Shown here: one piece after another, positions 1-13,437 of the stretch
How positions within the stretch are numbered: position 1 is the stretch's first letter
Layout: the number at the start of each line of letters is the position of its first letter
NCBI GenBank assembly: GCA_964016885.1
Contig: OZ024751.1
Location: 2,294,001-2,358,000, forward strand
Reading direction: 5' to 3'
Origin: Eledone cirrhosa
Taxonomy: Eukaryota
Length of the DNA: 64,000 nucleotides
Made by a program: the position numbers and the translations under genes
The notes under the pieces: generated by a model
What the model saw: only the letters and a program-made list of their open reading frames with translations
What the model was told of the DNA's origin: nothing
Databases searched by the model: none

Positions 1-2069
1 GTTGAACTGTCATATTGAACTTTCTCTGTTGAACTGTCATACTGAAGCTTCTCTGTTGAACTGTCATATTGAACCTTCCATGTTGAACTGTCATGTTGGA
101 CCTTCCCTGTTTAACTGTCATATTGAACCTTCCCTGTTGAACTGTCATATTGAACTTTCTCAGTTGAACTGTCATGCTGAACCTTCCCTGTTTATCTGTA
201 ATGCTGAACCTTCTCTGTTGAACTCTCATATTGAACTTTCTATGTTGAACTGTCATGCTGAACCGTCCCTGTTGAACTGTCATGCTTAACCGTCCCTGTT
301 TAACTGTCATATTGAACTTACTCTGTTGAACTGTCATGCTGAACCTTCACTGTTGAACTGTCATATTGAACCCTCTCTGTTTAACTGTCATATTGAACTT
401 TCTCTGTTGAACTGTCATGCTGACCCTTCCATGTTGAACTGTCATGCTGAACCTTCACTGTTGAACTGTCATGTTGAACTTTCCCTGTTGAACTGTCATG
501 TTGAACCTTCTCTGTTGAACTGTCATATTGAACCATCTCTGTTTAACTGTCGTATTGAATCTTCCCTGTTGAACTGTCATATTGAACTTTCTCTGTTGAA
601 CTGTCATGCTGAACCTTCCCTGTTGAAATGTCATATTGAACTTTCTCTGTTGAACTGTCATAATGAAGCTTCTCTGTTGAACTTTCATATTGAACCTTCC
701 CTGTTGAACTGTGATGTTGGACCTTCCCTGTTTAACTGTCATATTGAACCTTCCCTGTTGAACTGTTATATTGAACTTTATCTGTTGAACTGTCATGCTG
801 AACCTTCCCTTTTTAACTGTAATGCTGAACCTTCTCTGTTGAACTGTCATATTAAACTTTCTCTGTTGAACTGTCATGCTGAACCTTCCTTGTTGAACTG
901 TCATGTTGAACCTTCTCTGTTGAACTGTCATATTGAACTTTCTCTGTTAAACTGTCATGATGAACCTTCCCTGTTTAACTGTAATGCTGAACCTTCTCTG
1001 TTGAACTGTCATATTGAACTTTCTCTGTTGAACTGTCATGCTGAACCTTCCCTGTTGAACTGTCATTCTTAACCTTCCCTGTTTAACTGTCATATTGAAC
1101 TTTCTCTGTTGAACTGTCATGCTGAACCTTCCCTGTTGAACTGTCATGTTGAACTGTCATACTGAAGCTTCTCTGTTGAATTGTTATATTGAACCTTCCC
1201 TGTTGACTTGTCTTGTTGGACCTTCACTGTTTAACTGTCATATTAAACCTTCCCTGTTGAACTGTCATATTGAACTTTCTCTGTTGAACTGTCATGCTGA
1301 ACCTTCCCTGTTGAACTGTCATGCTTAACCGTCCCCGTTTAACTGTCATATTGAACTTTCTCTGTTGAACTGTCATGTTGAACCTTCTCTGTTGAACTGT
1401 CATATTGAACCTTCCCTGTTGAATTGTCATGTTGAACCTTCCCTGTTGAACTGTCATATTGAACCTTCTCTGTTGAAATGTCATGTTGGACCTTCTCTGT
1501 TTAACTGTCATATTGAACCTTCTTTGTTGAACTGTCATATTGAACCTTCTCTGTTTAACAGTCTTATTGAACTTTTTCTGTTGAACTGTCATGCTGAACC
1601 TTCCCTGTTGAACTGTCATGCTGAACCTTCCCTCTTTAACTGTCATGCTGAACCTTCCCGGTTTAACTGTCATTTTGAACCTTCCCTGTTGAATTGTCAT
1701 GTTGAACCTTCTCTGTTGAACTGTCATATTGAACCTTCCCTGTTCAACTGTCATATTGAACCTTCTCTGTGTAACTGTCATATTGAACCTTCTCTGTTTA
1801 ACTGTCATATTGAACTTTCTCTGTTGAACTGTCATGCTGACCCTTCCATGTTTATCTGTCATGCTGAACCTTCACTGTTGAACTGTCATGTTGAAGCTTC
1901 CCTGTTGAACTGCCATGTTGAACCTTCTCTGTTGAACTGTCATATTGAACCATCTCTGTTTAACTGTCATATTGAACCTTCTCTGTTGAACTGTCATATT
2001 GAACCTTCTCTGTATAACTGTCATATTGAACCTTCTCTGTTTAACTGTCATATTGAACCTTCCCTGTTG

Positions 2070-5000
2070 AACTGTCATGTTGGACCTTCCCTGTTTAACT
2101 GTCATATTGAACCTTCCCTGTTTAACTGTCATATTGAACCTTCCCTGTTGAACTGTGATGCTGAACCTTCCCTGTTTAACTGTCATGCTGAACCTTCTGT
2201 GTTGAACTGTCATATTGAACTTTCTCTGTTGAACTCTCATGCTGAACCTTCCCTGTTGAACTGTCATGCTGAACCTTCCTTGTTGAGCCGTCATTTTGAA
2301 CCTTCTCTGTTGAACTGTCATGTTGAACTGTCATGTTGAACCTTCTCTATTGACTGTCATATTGAACCTTATTTGTTGAACTGTCATGTTGGACCTTCAC
2401 TGTTGAACTGTCATATTGAACTTTCTCTGTTGAACTGTCATACTGAAGCTTCTCTGTTGAACTGTCATATTGAACCTTCCATGTTGAACTGTCATGTTGG
2501 ACCTTCCCTGTTTAACTGTCATATTGAACCTTCCCTGTTGAACTGTCATATTGAACTTTCTCAGTTGAACTGTCATGCTGAACCTTCCCTGTTTATCTGT
2601 AATGCTGAACCTTCTCTGTTGAACTCTCATATTGAACTTTCTATGTTGAACTGTCATGCTGAACCTTCCCTGTTGAACTGTCATGCTTAACCGTCCCTGT
2701 TTAACTGTCATATTGAACTTACTCTGTTGAACTGTCATGCTGAACCTTCACTGTTGAACTGTCATATTGAACCCTCTCTGTTTAACTGTCATATTGAACT
2801 TTCTCTGTTGAACTGTCATGCTGACCCTTCCATGTTGAACTGTCATGCTGAACCTTCACTGTTGAACTGTCATGTTGAACCTTCCCTGTTGAACTGTCAT
2901 GTTGAGCCTTCTCTGTTGAACTGTCATATTGAACCATCTCTGTTTAACTGTCGTATTGAATCTTCCCTGTTGAACTGTCATATTGAACTTTCTCTGTTGA
3001 ACTGTCATGCTGAACCTTCCCTGTTGAAATGTCATATTGATCTTTCTCTGTTGAACTGTCATAATGAAGCTTCTCTGTTGAACTTTCATATTGAACCTTC
3101 CCTGTTGAACTGTGATGTTGGACCTTCCCTGTTTAACTGTCATATTGAACCTTCCCTGTTGAACTGTTATATTGAACTTTATCTGTTGAACTGTCATGCT
3201 GAACCTTCCCTTTTTAACTGTAATGCTGAACCTTCTCTGTTGAACTGTCATATTAAACTTTCTCTGTTGAACTGTCATGCTGAACCTTCCTTGTTGAACT
3301 GTCATGTTGAACCTTCTCTGTTGAACTGTCATGTTGGACCTTCTTTGTTTAACTGTCATATTGAACCTTTTCTGTTTAACTGTCATATTGTACCTTCTCT
3401 GTTTAACTGTCATATTGAACTTTTTCTGTTGAACTGTCATGCTGAACCTTTCCTGTTGAACTGTCATGCTGAACCTTCCCTCTTTAACTGTCATGCTGAA
3501 CCTTCCCTGTTTAACTGTCATATTGAACTTTCTCTGTTGAACTGTCATGCTGAATCTTCCCTGTTTAACTGTCATGTTGGACCTTCCCTGTTTAACTGTC
3601 ATATTGAACCTTCCCTGTTTAACTGTCATATTGAACCTTCCCTGTTGAACTGTGATGCTGAACCTTCCCTGTTTAACTGTCATGCTGAACCTTCTGTGTT
3701 GAACTGTCATATTGAACTTTCTCTGTTGAACTCTCATGCTGAACCTTCCCTGTTGAACTGTCATGCTGAACCTTCCTTGTTGAGCCGTCATTTTGAACCT
3801 TCTCTGTTGAACTGTCATGTTGAACTGTCATGTTGAACCTTCTCTATTGACTGTCATATTGAACCTTATTTGTTGAACTGTCATGTTGGACCTTCACTGT
3901 TGAACTGTCATATTGAACTTTCTCTGTTGAACTGTCATACTGAAGCTTCTCTGTTGAACTGTCATATTGAACCTTCCATGTTGAACTGTCATGTTGGACC
4001 TTCCCTGTTTAACTGTCATATTGAACCTTCCCTGTTGAACTGTCATATTGAACTTTCTCAGTTGAACTGTCATGCTGAACCTTCCCTGTTTATCTGTAAT
4101 GCTGAACCTTCTCTGTTGAACTCTCATATTGAACTTTCTATGTTGAACTGTCATGCTGAACCTTCCCTGTTGAACTGTCATGCTTAACCGTCCCTGTTTA
4201 ACTGTCATATTGAACTTACTCTGTTGAACTGTCATGCTGAACCTTCACTGTTGAACTGTCATATTGAACCCTCTCTGTTTAACTGTCATATTGAACTTTC
4301 TCTGTTGAACTGTCATGCTGACCCTTCCATGTTGAACTGTCATGCTGAACCTTCACTGTTGAACTGTCATGTTGAACCTTCCCTGTTGAACTGTCATGTT
4401 GAGCCTTCTCTGTTGAACTGTCATATTGAACCATCTCTGTTTAACTGTCGTATTGAATCTTCCCTGTTGAACTGTCATATTGAACTTTCTCTGTTGAACT
4501 GTCATGCTGAACCTTCCCTGTTGAAATGTCATATTGATCTTTCTCTGTTGAACTGTCATAATGAAGCTTCTCTGTTGAACTTTCATATTGAACCTTCCCT
4601 GTTGAACTGTGATGTTGGACCTTCCCTGTTTAACTGTCATATTGAACCTTCCCTGTTGAACTGTTATATTGAACTTTATCTGTTGAACTGTCATGCTGAA
4701 CCTTCCCTTTTTAACTGTAATGCTGAACCTTCTCTGTTGAACTGTCATATTAAACTTTCTCTGTTGAACTGTCATGCTGAACCTTCCTTGTTGAACTGTC
4801 ATGTTGAACCTTCTCTGTTGAACTGTCATGTTGGACCTTCTTTGTTTAACTGTCATATTGAACCTTTTCTGTTTAACTGTCATATTGTACCTTCTCTGTT
4901 TAACTGTCATATTGAACTTTTTCTGTTGAACTGTCATGCTGAACCTTTCCTGTTGAACTGTCATGCTGAACCTTCCCTCTTTAACTGTCATGCTGAACCT

Positions 5001-5083
5001 TCCCTGTTTAACTGTCATATTGAACTTTCTCTGTTGAACTGTCATGCTGAATCTTCCCTGTTTAACTGTCATGTTGGACCTTC
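2070..5083. repeat. Tandem higher-order duplication, period 1497 bp (55 monomers +13 -1); 1-~920 is a further partial copy at offset 2401
   Basis: Matching ORFs at constant offset 1497 (2373/3870, 2397/3894, 2727/4224). The same rare variants occur in both copies (gagccgtcatttt, ctattgactg, cttatttg, cttaaccgtcc, attgatctttc). ORF ends 289 and 2690 give the 2401 offset. Confidence 0.93.
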
Positions 5084-5344
5084 TCTGTTGAACTGTCATA
5101 TTGAACTTTCTCTGTTGAACTGTCATGCTGAACCTTCTCTGATGAAATGTCATGTTGAACCTTCTCTGTTGAACTGTCATGTTGAACCTTCTATGTTGAA
5201 CTGTCATATTGAGCCTTCTCTGTTGAACTGTCATGTTGAACCCTCTCTGTTGAACTGTCATGTTGAACCTTCTCTGTTGAACTGTCATATTGAACCTCCC
5301 TTGTTGAAATGTCATGTTGAACCTTCTCTGTTGAACTGTCATAC

Positions 5345-6298
5345 TGAACCTTCCCTGTTGAACTATTATAGTTAACTTTCTCAGTTGAACTGTCATGTTG
5401 AACCTACTCTGTTGAACGGTGATGCTGAATCTTCCCTGTTGAACTGTCATGCTGAACCTTCCCTGTTTAACTGTCATATTGAACTTTCTCTGTTGAACTG
5501 TCATGCTGAAGCTTCCCTGTTGAACTATCATATTGAACTTTCTCTGTTGAACTGTCATGTTGAACCTACTCTGTTGAACTGTCATTCTGAAACTTCCTTG
5601 TCGAGCTGTCATGTTGCACCTTCTCTGTTGAACTGTCATGTAGATCTGTTATGTTGAACCTTCTCTGTTGAACTGTCATATTGAACCTTCTCTGTTGAAC
5701 TGTCATGTTGGACCTTCTCTGTTGAACTGTCATATGGAACCTTCCATGTTCAACTCTCATGTAGAACCTTCTCTGTTTAACTGTCATATTGAACTTTCCC
5801 TGTTGAACTGTCATGCTGAACCTTCCCTGTTGAACTATTATATTTAACTTTCTCAGTTGAACTGTCATGTTGAACCTACTCTGTTGAACGGTGATGCTGA
5901 ATCTTCCCTGTTGAACTGTCATGCTGAAGCTTCCCTGTTGAACTGTCATATTGAACCTTCTCTGTTGAACTGTCATGCTGAACCTTCCCTGTTGAACTAT
6001 CATGTTGAACTTTCTCTGTTGAACTGTCATGTTGAACCTACTCTGTTGAACTGTCATTCTGAAACTTCCTTGTCGAGCTGTCATGTTGCACCTTCTCTGT
6101 TGAACTGTCATGTAGATCTGTTATGTTGAACCTTCTCTGTTGAACTGTCATATTGAACCTTCTCTGTTGAACTGTCATGTTGGACCTTCTCTGTTGAACT
6201 GTCATATGGAACCTTCCATGTTCAACTCTCATGTAGAACCTTCTCTGTTTAACTGTCATATTGAACTTTCCCTGTTGAACTGTCATGCTGAACCTTCC
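5345..6298. repeat. Tandem duplication, period 472 bp (17 monomers +13)
   Basis: ORF offsets 5385/5857 and 5566/6038. The private variants aactattata, gaacggtgatg and gtagatctgttatg are present in both copies, with a few internal differences. Confidence 0.9.
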
Positions 6299-8329
6299 TT
6301 GTTGAACTGTCATGTTGAACCTTCTCTGTTGAAATGTCATGTTGAACCTTCAATGTTGAACTGTCATATTGAACCTTCTCTATTGAACTGTCATGTTGAA
6401 CCTTCTCTTTTGAACTGTCATATTGAGCCTTCTCTGTTGAACTGTCATGTTGAACCTTCTCTGTTGAACTGTCATATTGAACCTTCCCTGTTCAACTGTC
6501 ATGTTGAACCTTCTCTGTTTAACTGTCATATTGAACCTTCTCTGTAGAAATGTCATATTGAACCTTCTCTGTTTAACTGTCATATTTAACTTTCTCTGTT
6601 GAACTGTCATGCTGAACATTCCCTGTTGAACTGTCATGTTGAACTTTCTCTGTTGAACTGTCATGCTGAACCTTCCCTGTTTAACTGTCATGCTGAACCT
6701 TCTCTGTTGAATTGTCATATTGAACTTTTTCTGTTGAAGTGTCATGCTGAACCTTCCCTGTTGAACTGTCATGCTGAACCTTCCTTGTTGAGCTGTCAGG
6801 TTGAACCTTCTCTTTTGAACTGTCATATTGAACCTTCTATGTTGAACTGTCATGTTGAACCTTCTCTGTTGAACTGTCATGTTGAACCTTCTCTGTTGAA
6901 CTGTCATATTGAACCTCCGCTGTTGAAATGTTCTGTTGAACCTTCTCTGGAGAACTGTCATGCTGAACCGTCCCTGTTGAACTATCATATTTAACTTTCT
7001 CTGTTGAACTGTCATGTTGAACCTACTCTGTTGAACTGTGATGCTGAATCTTCCCTGTTGAACTGTCATGCTGAACCTTCCCTGTTTAACTGTCATATTA
7101 AACTTTCCCTGTTGGACTGTCATGCTGAAGCTTCCCCGTTGAACTGTCATGCTGAACCTTCCTTATTGAACTGTCATGCTGAACCTTCTCTGTTGAACTA
7201 TCATATTGAACTTTCTCTGTTAAACTGTCATGTTGAACCTACTCTGTTGAACTGTCATGCTGAAACTTCCTTGTCGAGCTGTCATGTTGAACCTTCTCTG
7301 TTGAACTGTCATGTTGAACTGTCATGTTGAACCTTCTCTGTTGAACTGTCATATTGAACCTTCCCTGTTCAACTGTCATGTTGAACCTTCTCTGTTTAAC
7401 TGTCATATTGAACTTTCTCTGTTGAACTGTCATGCTGAACCTTCCTTGTTGAACTGTCATGTTGAACCTTCTCTGTTGAACTGTCATGTTGGACCTTCTC
7501 TGTTGAACTGTCATATTGAACTTTCCCTGCTGAACTGGCATGCTGGACCTTCCCTGTTGAACTGTCATGCTGAACCTTCCCTGTTTAACTGTCATGCTGA
7601 ACCTTCTCTGTTGAACTGTCATATTGAACTTTCTCTGTTGAACTGTCATGTTGGACCTTCTCTGTTTAACTGTCATATTAAACCTTCTCTGTTTAACTGT
7701 CATATTGAACTTTCTCTGTTGAACTGTCATGCTGACGCTTCCTTGTTGAACTATCATATTGAACTTTCTCTGTTGAACTGTCATGTTGAACCTACTCTGT
7801 TGAACTGTCATGCTGAACCTTCTCTGTTGAACTGTCATATAGAACCTTCCCTTTGAACTGTCATGTTGAACCTTCTCTGTTTAACTGTCATATTGAACTT
7901 TCTCTGTTGTACTGTCATACTGAACCTTCCCTGTTGAACTGTCATGTTGAACTTTCTCTGTTGAACTGTCATACTGAACCTTCTCTGTTGAACTGTCATA
8001 TTGAACCTTCCCTGTTGAACTGTCATGTTGAACCTTCTCTGTTAAACTGTCATATTGAACTTTCTCTGTTGAACTGTCATGCTGAACCTTCCTTGTTGAG
8101 CTGTCATGTTGAACCTTCTCTGTTGTACTGTCATGTTGAACTGTCATGTTGAACCTTCGCTGTTGAACTGTCATATTGAACCTTCTCTTTTGAACTGTCA
8201 TGCTGGACATTCTCTGTTGAACTGTCATATTGAACCTTCTCCGTATAACTGTCATATTGAACCTTCTCAGTTTAACTGTCATATTGAACTTTCTCTGTTG
8301 AACTGTCATGCTGAACCTTCTCTGTTTAA

Positions 8330-10730
8330 CTGTCATATTGAACTTTCTCTGTTGAACTGTCATGCTGAACCTTCCTTGTTGAGCCGTCATGTTGAACCTT
8401 CTCTGTTGAACTGTCGTGTTGAACTGGTATGTTGAACCTTCTCTGTTGACTGTCATATTGAACCTTATTTGTTGAACTGTCATGGTGGACCTTCTTTGTT
8501 GAACTGTCATGTTGAACCTTCTGTGTTTAACTGTCATATTGAACTTTCTCTGTTGAACTATGATCCTGAACCTTCCTTGTTGAACTGTCATGTTGAACCT
8601 TCTCTGTTGAACTGTCATGTTGGACCTTCTCTGTTGCACTGTCATATTGAACTTTCTCTGTTGAAATGTCATGTTGAACCTTCTCTGTTGAACTGTCATA
8701 TTGAACCTTCTCTGTTGAACTGTCATGCTGAACCTTCCCTGTTGAACTGTCATGCTGAACCTTCCCTGTTTAACTGTAATGCTAAACCTTCTCTGTTGAA
8801 CTGTCATATTGAACTTTCTCTGTTGAACTGTCATACTGAAGCTTCTCTGTTGAACTGTCATATTGAACCTTCCATGTTGAACTGTCATGTTGGACCTTCC
8901 CTGTTTAACTGTCATATTGAACCTTCCCTGTTGAATTGTCATATTGAACTTTCCCTGTTGAACTGTCATGCTGAACCTTCCCTGTTTAACTGTCATATTG
9001 AACTTTCTCTGTTGAACTGTCATGCTGAACCTTCCCTGTTGAACTGTGATATTGAACTTTCTCTGTTGAACTGTCATACTGAAGCTTCTCTGTTGAACTG
9101 TCATATTGAACTTTCCCTGTTGAACTGTCATATTGTACCTTCCCTGTTTAACTGTCATATTGAACCTTCCCTGTTGAACTGTGATATTGAACTTTCTCTG
9201 TTGAACTGTCATGATGAACCTTCCCTGTTTAACTGTAATGCTGAACCTTCCCTGTTGAACTGTCATGCTTAACCTTCCCTGTTTAACTGTCATATTGAAC
9301 TTACTCTGTTGAACTGTCATGCTGAACCTTCCCTGTTGAACTGTCATGTTGAACTTTCTCTGTTGAACTGTCATACTGAAGCTTCTCTGTTGAATTGTCA
9401 TATTGAACCTTCCCTGTTGAACTGTCTTGTTGGACCTTCCCTGTTTAACTGTCATATTGAACCTTCCCTGTTGAACTGTCATATTGAACTTTCTCTGTTG
9501 AACTGTCATGCTGAACCTTCCCTGTTTAACTGTAATGCTAAACCTTCTCTGTTGAACTGTCATATTGAACTTTCTCTGTTGAACTGTCATGCTGAACCTT
9601 ACTTGTTGAGCCGTCATGTTGAACCTTCTCTGTTGAACTGTCGTGTTGAACTGGTATGTTGAACCTTCTCTGTTGACTGTCATATTGAACCTTATCTGTT
9701 GAACTGTCATGGTGGACCTTCTTTGTTGAACTGTCATGTTGAACCTTCTGTGTTTAACTGTCATATTGAACTTTCTCTGTTGAACTGTGATCCTGAACCT
9801 TCCTTGTTGAACTGTCATGTTGAACCTTCTCTGTTGAACTGTCATGTTGGACCTTCTCTGTTGCACTGTCATATTGAACTTTCTCTGTTGAAATGTCATG
9901 TTGAACCTTCTCTGTTGAACTGTCATATTGAACCTTCTCTGTTGAACTGTCATGCTGAACCTTCCCTGTTGAACTGTCATGTTGAACTTTCTCTGTTGAA
10001 CTGTCATACTGAAGCTTCTCTGTTGAACTGTCATATTGAACCTTCCATGTTGAACTGTCATGTTGGACCTTCCCTGTTTAACTGTCATATTGAACCTTCC
10101 CTGTTGAATTGTCATATTGAACTTTCCCTGTTGAACTGTCATGCTGAACCTTCCCTGTTTAACTGTCATATTGAACTTTCTCTGTTGAACTGTCATGCTG
10201 AACCTTCCCTGTTGAACTGTGATATTGAACTTTCTCTGTTGAACTGTCATACTGAAGCTTCTCTGTTGAACTGTCATATTGAACTTTCCCTGTTGAACTG
10301 TCATATTGTACCTTCCCTGTTTAACTGTCATATTGAACCTTCCCTGTTGAACTGTCATATTGAACTTTCTCTGTTGAACTGTCATGATGAACCTTCCCTG
10401 TTTATCTGTAATGCTGAACCTTCCCTGTTGAACTGTCATGCTTAACCTTCCCTGTTTAACTGTCATATTGAACTTACTCTGTTGAACTGTCATGCTGAAC
10501 CTTCCCTGTTGAACTGTCATGTTGAACTTTCTCTGTTGAACTGTCATACTGAAGCTTCTCTGTTGAATTGTCATATTGAACCTTCCCTGTTGAACTGTCT
10601 TGTTGGACCTTCCCTGTTTAACTGTCATATTGAACCTTCCCTGTTGAACTGTCATATTGAACTTTCTCTGTTGAACTGTAATGCTAAACCTTCTCTGTTG
10701 AACTGTCATATTGAACTTTCTCTGTTGAAC
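8330..10730. repeat. Tandem duplication, period about 1.2 kb (offset 1227, then 1173 after loss of two monomers)
   Basis: ORF ends 8435/9662 (1227) and 9272/10445 (1173). The private variant catggtggacc occurs at 8481 and 9708, and attgtacc at about 9132 and 10305. Confidence 0.85.
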
Positions 10731-13437
10731 TGTCATGCTGAACCTTCCCTGTTGAACTGTCATGCTGAACCTTCCCGGTTGAACTGTCATATTGAACTTT
10801 CTCTGTTGAACTATCATGTTGAACCTACTCTGTTGAACTGTCATGCTGAACCTTCTCTGTTGAACTGTCATATTGAACCTTCCCTTTGAACTGTCATGTT
10901 GAACCTTCTCTGTTTAACTGTCATATTGAACTTTCTTTGTTGTACTGTCATACTGAACCTTCCCTGTTGAACTGTCGTGTTGAACTTTCTCTGTTGAACT
11001 GTCATACTTAACCTTCTCTGTTGAACTGTCATATTGAACCTTCCCTGTTGAACTGTCATGTTGTACCTTCTCTGTTAAACTGTCATATTGAACTTTCTCT
11101 GTTGAACTGTCATGCTGAACCTTCCTTGTTGAGCTGTCATGTTGAACCTTCTCTGTTGTACTGTCATGTTGAACTGTCATGTTGAACCTTCTCTGTTGAA
11201 CTGTCATATTGAACCTTCTCTTTTGAACTGTCATGCTGGACATTCTCTGTTGAACTGTCATATTGAACTTTCTCCGTATAACTGTTATATTGAACCTTCT
11301 CAGTTTAACTGTCATATTGAACTTTCTCTGTTGAACTGTCATGCTGAACCTTCCCTGTTGAACTGTCATGTTGAACTTTCTCTGTTGAACTGTCATACTG
11401 AACCTTCTCTGTTTAACTGTCATATTGAACTTTCTCTGTTGAACTGTCATGCTGAACCTTCCTTGTTGAGCCGTCATGTTGAATCTTCTCTGTTGAACTG
11501 TCGTGTTGAACTGGTATGTTGAACCTTCTCTGTTGACTGTCATATTGAACCTTATCTGTTGAACTGTCATGTTGGACCTTCTTTGTTGAACTGTCATGTT
11601 GAACCTTCTGTGTTTAACTGTCATATTGAACTTTCTCTGTTGAACTGTGATCCTGAACCTTCCTTGTTGAACTGTCATGTTGAACCTTCTCTGTTGAACT
11701 GTCATGTTAGACCTTCTCTGTTGAACTGTCATATTGAACCTTCTCTGTTGAACTGTCATGCTGAACCTTCCCTGTTGAACTGTCATGTTGAACTTTCTCT
11801 GTTGAACTGTCATACTGAAGCTTCTCTGTTGAACTGTCATATTGAACCTTCCATGTTGAACTGTCATGTTGGACCTTCCCTGTTTAACTGTCATATTGAA
11901 CCTTCCCTGTTGAATTGTCATATTGAACTTTCCCTGTTGAACTGTCATGCTGAACCTTCCCTGTTTAACTGTCGTATTGAACTTTCTCTGTTGAACTGTC
12001 ATGCTGAACCTTCCCTGTTGAACTGTGATATTGAACTTTCTCTGTTGAACTGTCATACTGAAGCTTCTCTGTTGAACTGTCATATTGAACTTTCCCTGTT
12101 GAACTGTCATGTTGTACCTTCCCTGTTTAACTGTCATATTGAACCTTCCCTGTTGAACTGTCATATTGAACTTTCTTTGTTGAACTGTCATGATGAACCT
12201 TCCCTGTTTAACTGTAATGCTGAACCTTCCCTGTTTAACTGTCATGCTTAACCTTCCCTGTTTAACTGTCATATTGAACTTACTCTGTTGAACTGTCATG
12301 CTGAACCTTCCCTGTTGAACTGTCATGTTGAACTTTCTCTGTTGAACTGTCATACTGAAGCTTCTCTGTTGAATTGTCATATTGAACCTTCCCTGTTGAA
12401 CTGTCTTGTTGGACCTTCCCTGTTTAACTGTCATATTGAACCTTCCCTGTTGAACTGTCATGCTGAACCTTCCCTGTTTAACTGTAATGCTAAACCTTCT
12501 CTGTTGAACTGTCATATTGAACTTTCTCTGTTGAACTGTCATGCTGAACCATCCCTGTTGAACTGTCATGCTGAACCTTCCCGGTTTAACTGTCATATTG
12601 AACTTTCTCTGTTGAACTGTCATGTTGAACCTTCTCTGTTGAACTGTCATATTGGACCTTCCCTGTTTAACTCATATTGAACCTTCCCTGTTTAACTGTC
12701 ATGTTGAACCTTCCCTGTTTAACTGTCATGCTGAACCTTCTCTGTTGAACTGTCATATTGAACTTTCTCTGTTGAACTGTCATGCTGAAGCTTCCCTGTT
12801 GAACTGTCATGCTGAACCTTCCTCGTTGAGCCGTCATGTTGAACCTTCTCTGTTGAACTGTCGTGTAGAACTGGTATGTTGAACCTTCTCTGGTGACTGT
12901 CATATTGAACCTTCTCTGTTGAACTGTCATATTGAACCTTCTCTGTTGAACTGTCATGCTGTACATTCTCTGTTGAACTGTCATATTGAACCTTCTCTGT
13001 ATAACTGTCATATTGAACCTTCTCAGTTTAAATGTCATATTGATCTTTCTCTGTTGAACTGTCATATTGAACCTTCCCTGTTGAACTGTCTTGTAGAACC
13101 TTCTCTGTTTAACTGTCATATTGAACTTTCCCTGTTGAACTGTCATGCTGAACCTTCCTTGTTGAACTGTCATGTTGAACCTTCTGTGTTGAACTGTCAT
13201 AATGAACCTTCCCTGTTGAATTGTCATATTGAACTTTCTCTGTTGAACTGTCATGCTGAACCTTCCCTGTTGAACTGTCAGGCTGAACCTTCCTTGTTGA
13301 GCTGTCATGTTGAACCTTCTCTTTTGAACTGTCATATTGAACCTTCTATGTTGAATTGTCATGTTGAACCTTCTCTGATGAACTGTCATGTTGAACCTTC
13401 TCTGTTGAACTGTCATATTGAACCTCCCATGTTGAAA

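Noticed and set aside
8405-8470. The +13 and -1 indels in the landmark cassette sum to +12 and preserve frame, hinting at coding selection
   Set aside because: All copies appear to descend from one ancestral cassette, so it is a single event with a 1-in-3 chance of being in frame. The plus frame hits TGA inside it, and many uncompensated +13, -1 and -2 indels exist elsewhere.
7881-10871. 996-aa minus-strand ORF (MTVQQRRFN repeats) and the other long minus-strand ORFs such as 42155-43987 and 47968-49758
   Set aside because: The monomer is 9 codons and this frame has no stop in the consensus, so long ORFs are expected by default. There is no unique N- or C-terminal domain, ORFs overlap on both strands, and frameshifting indels (+13, -1, -2) and stops are freely amplified.
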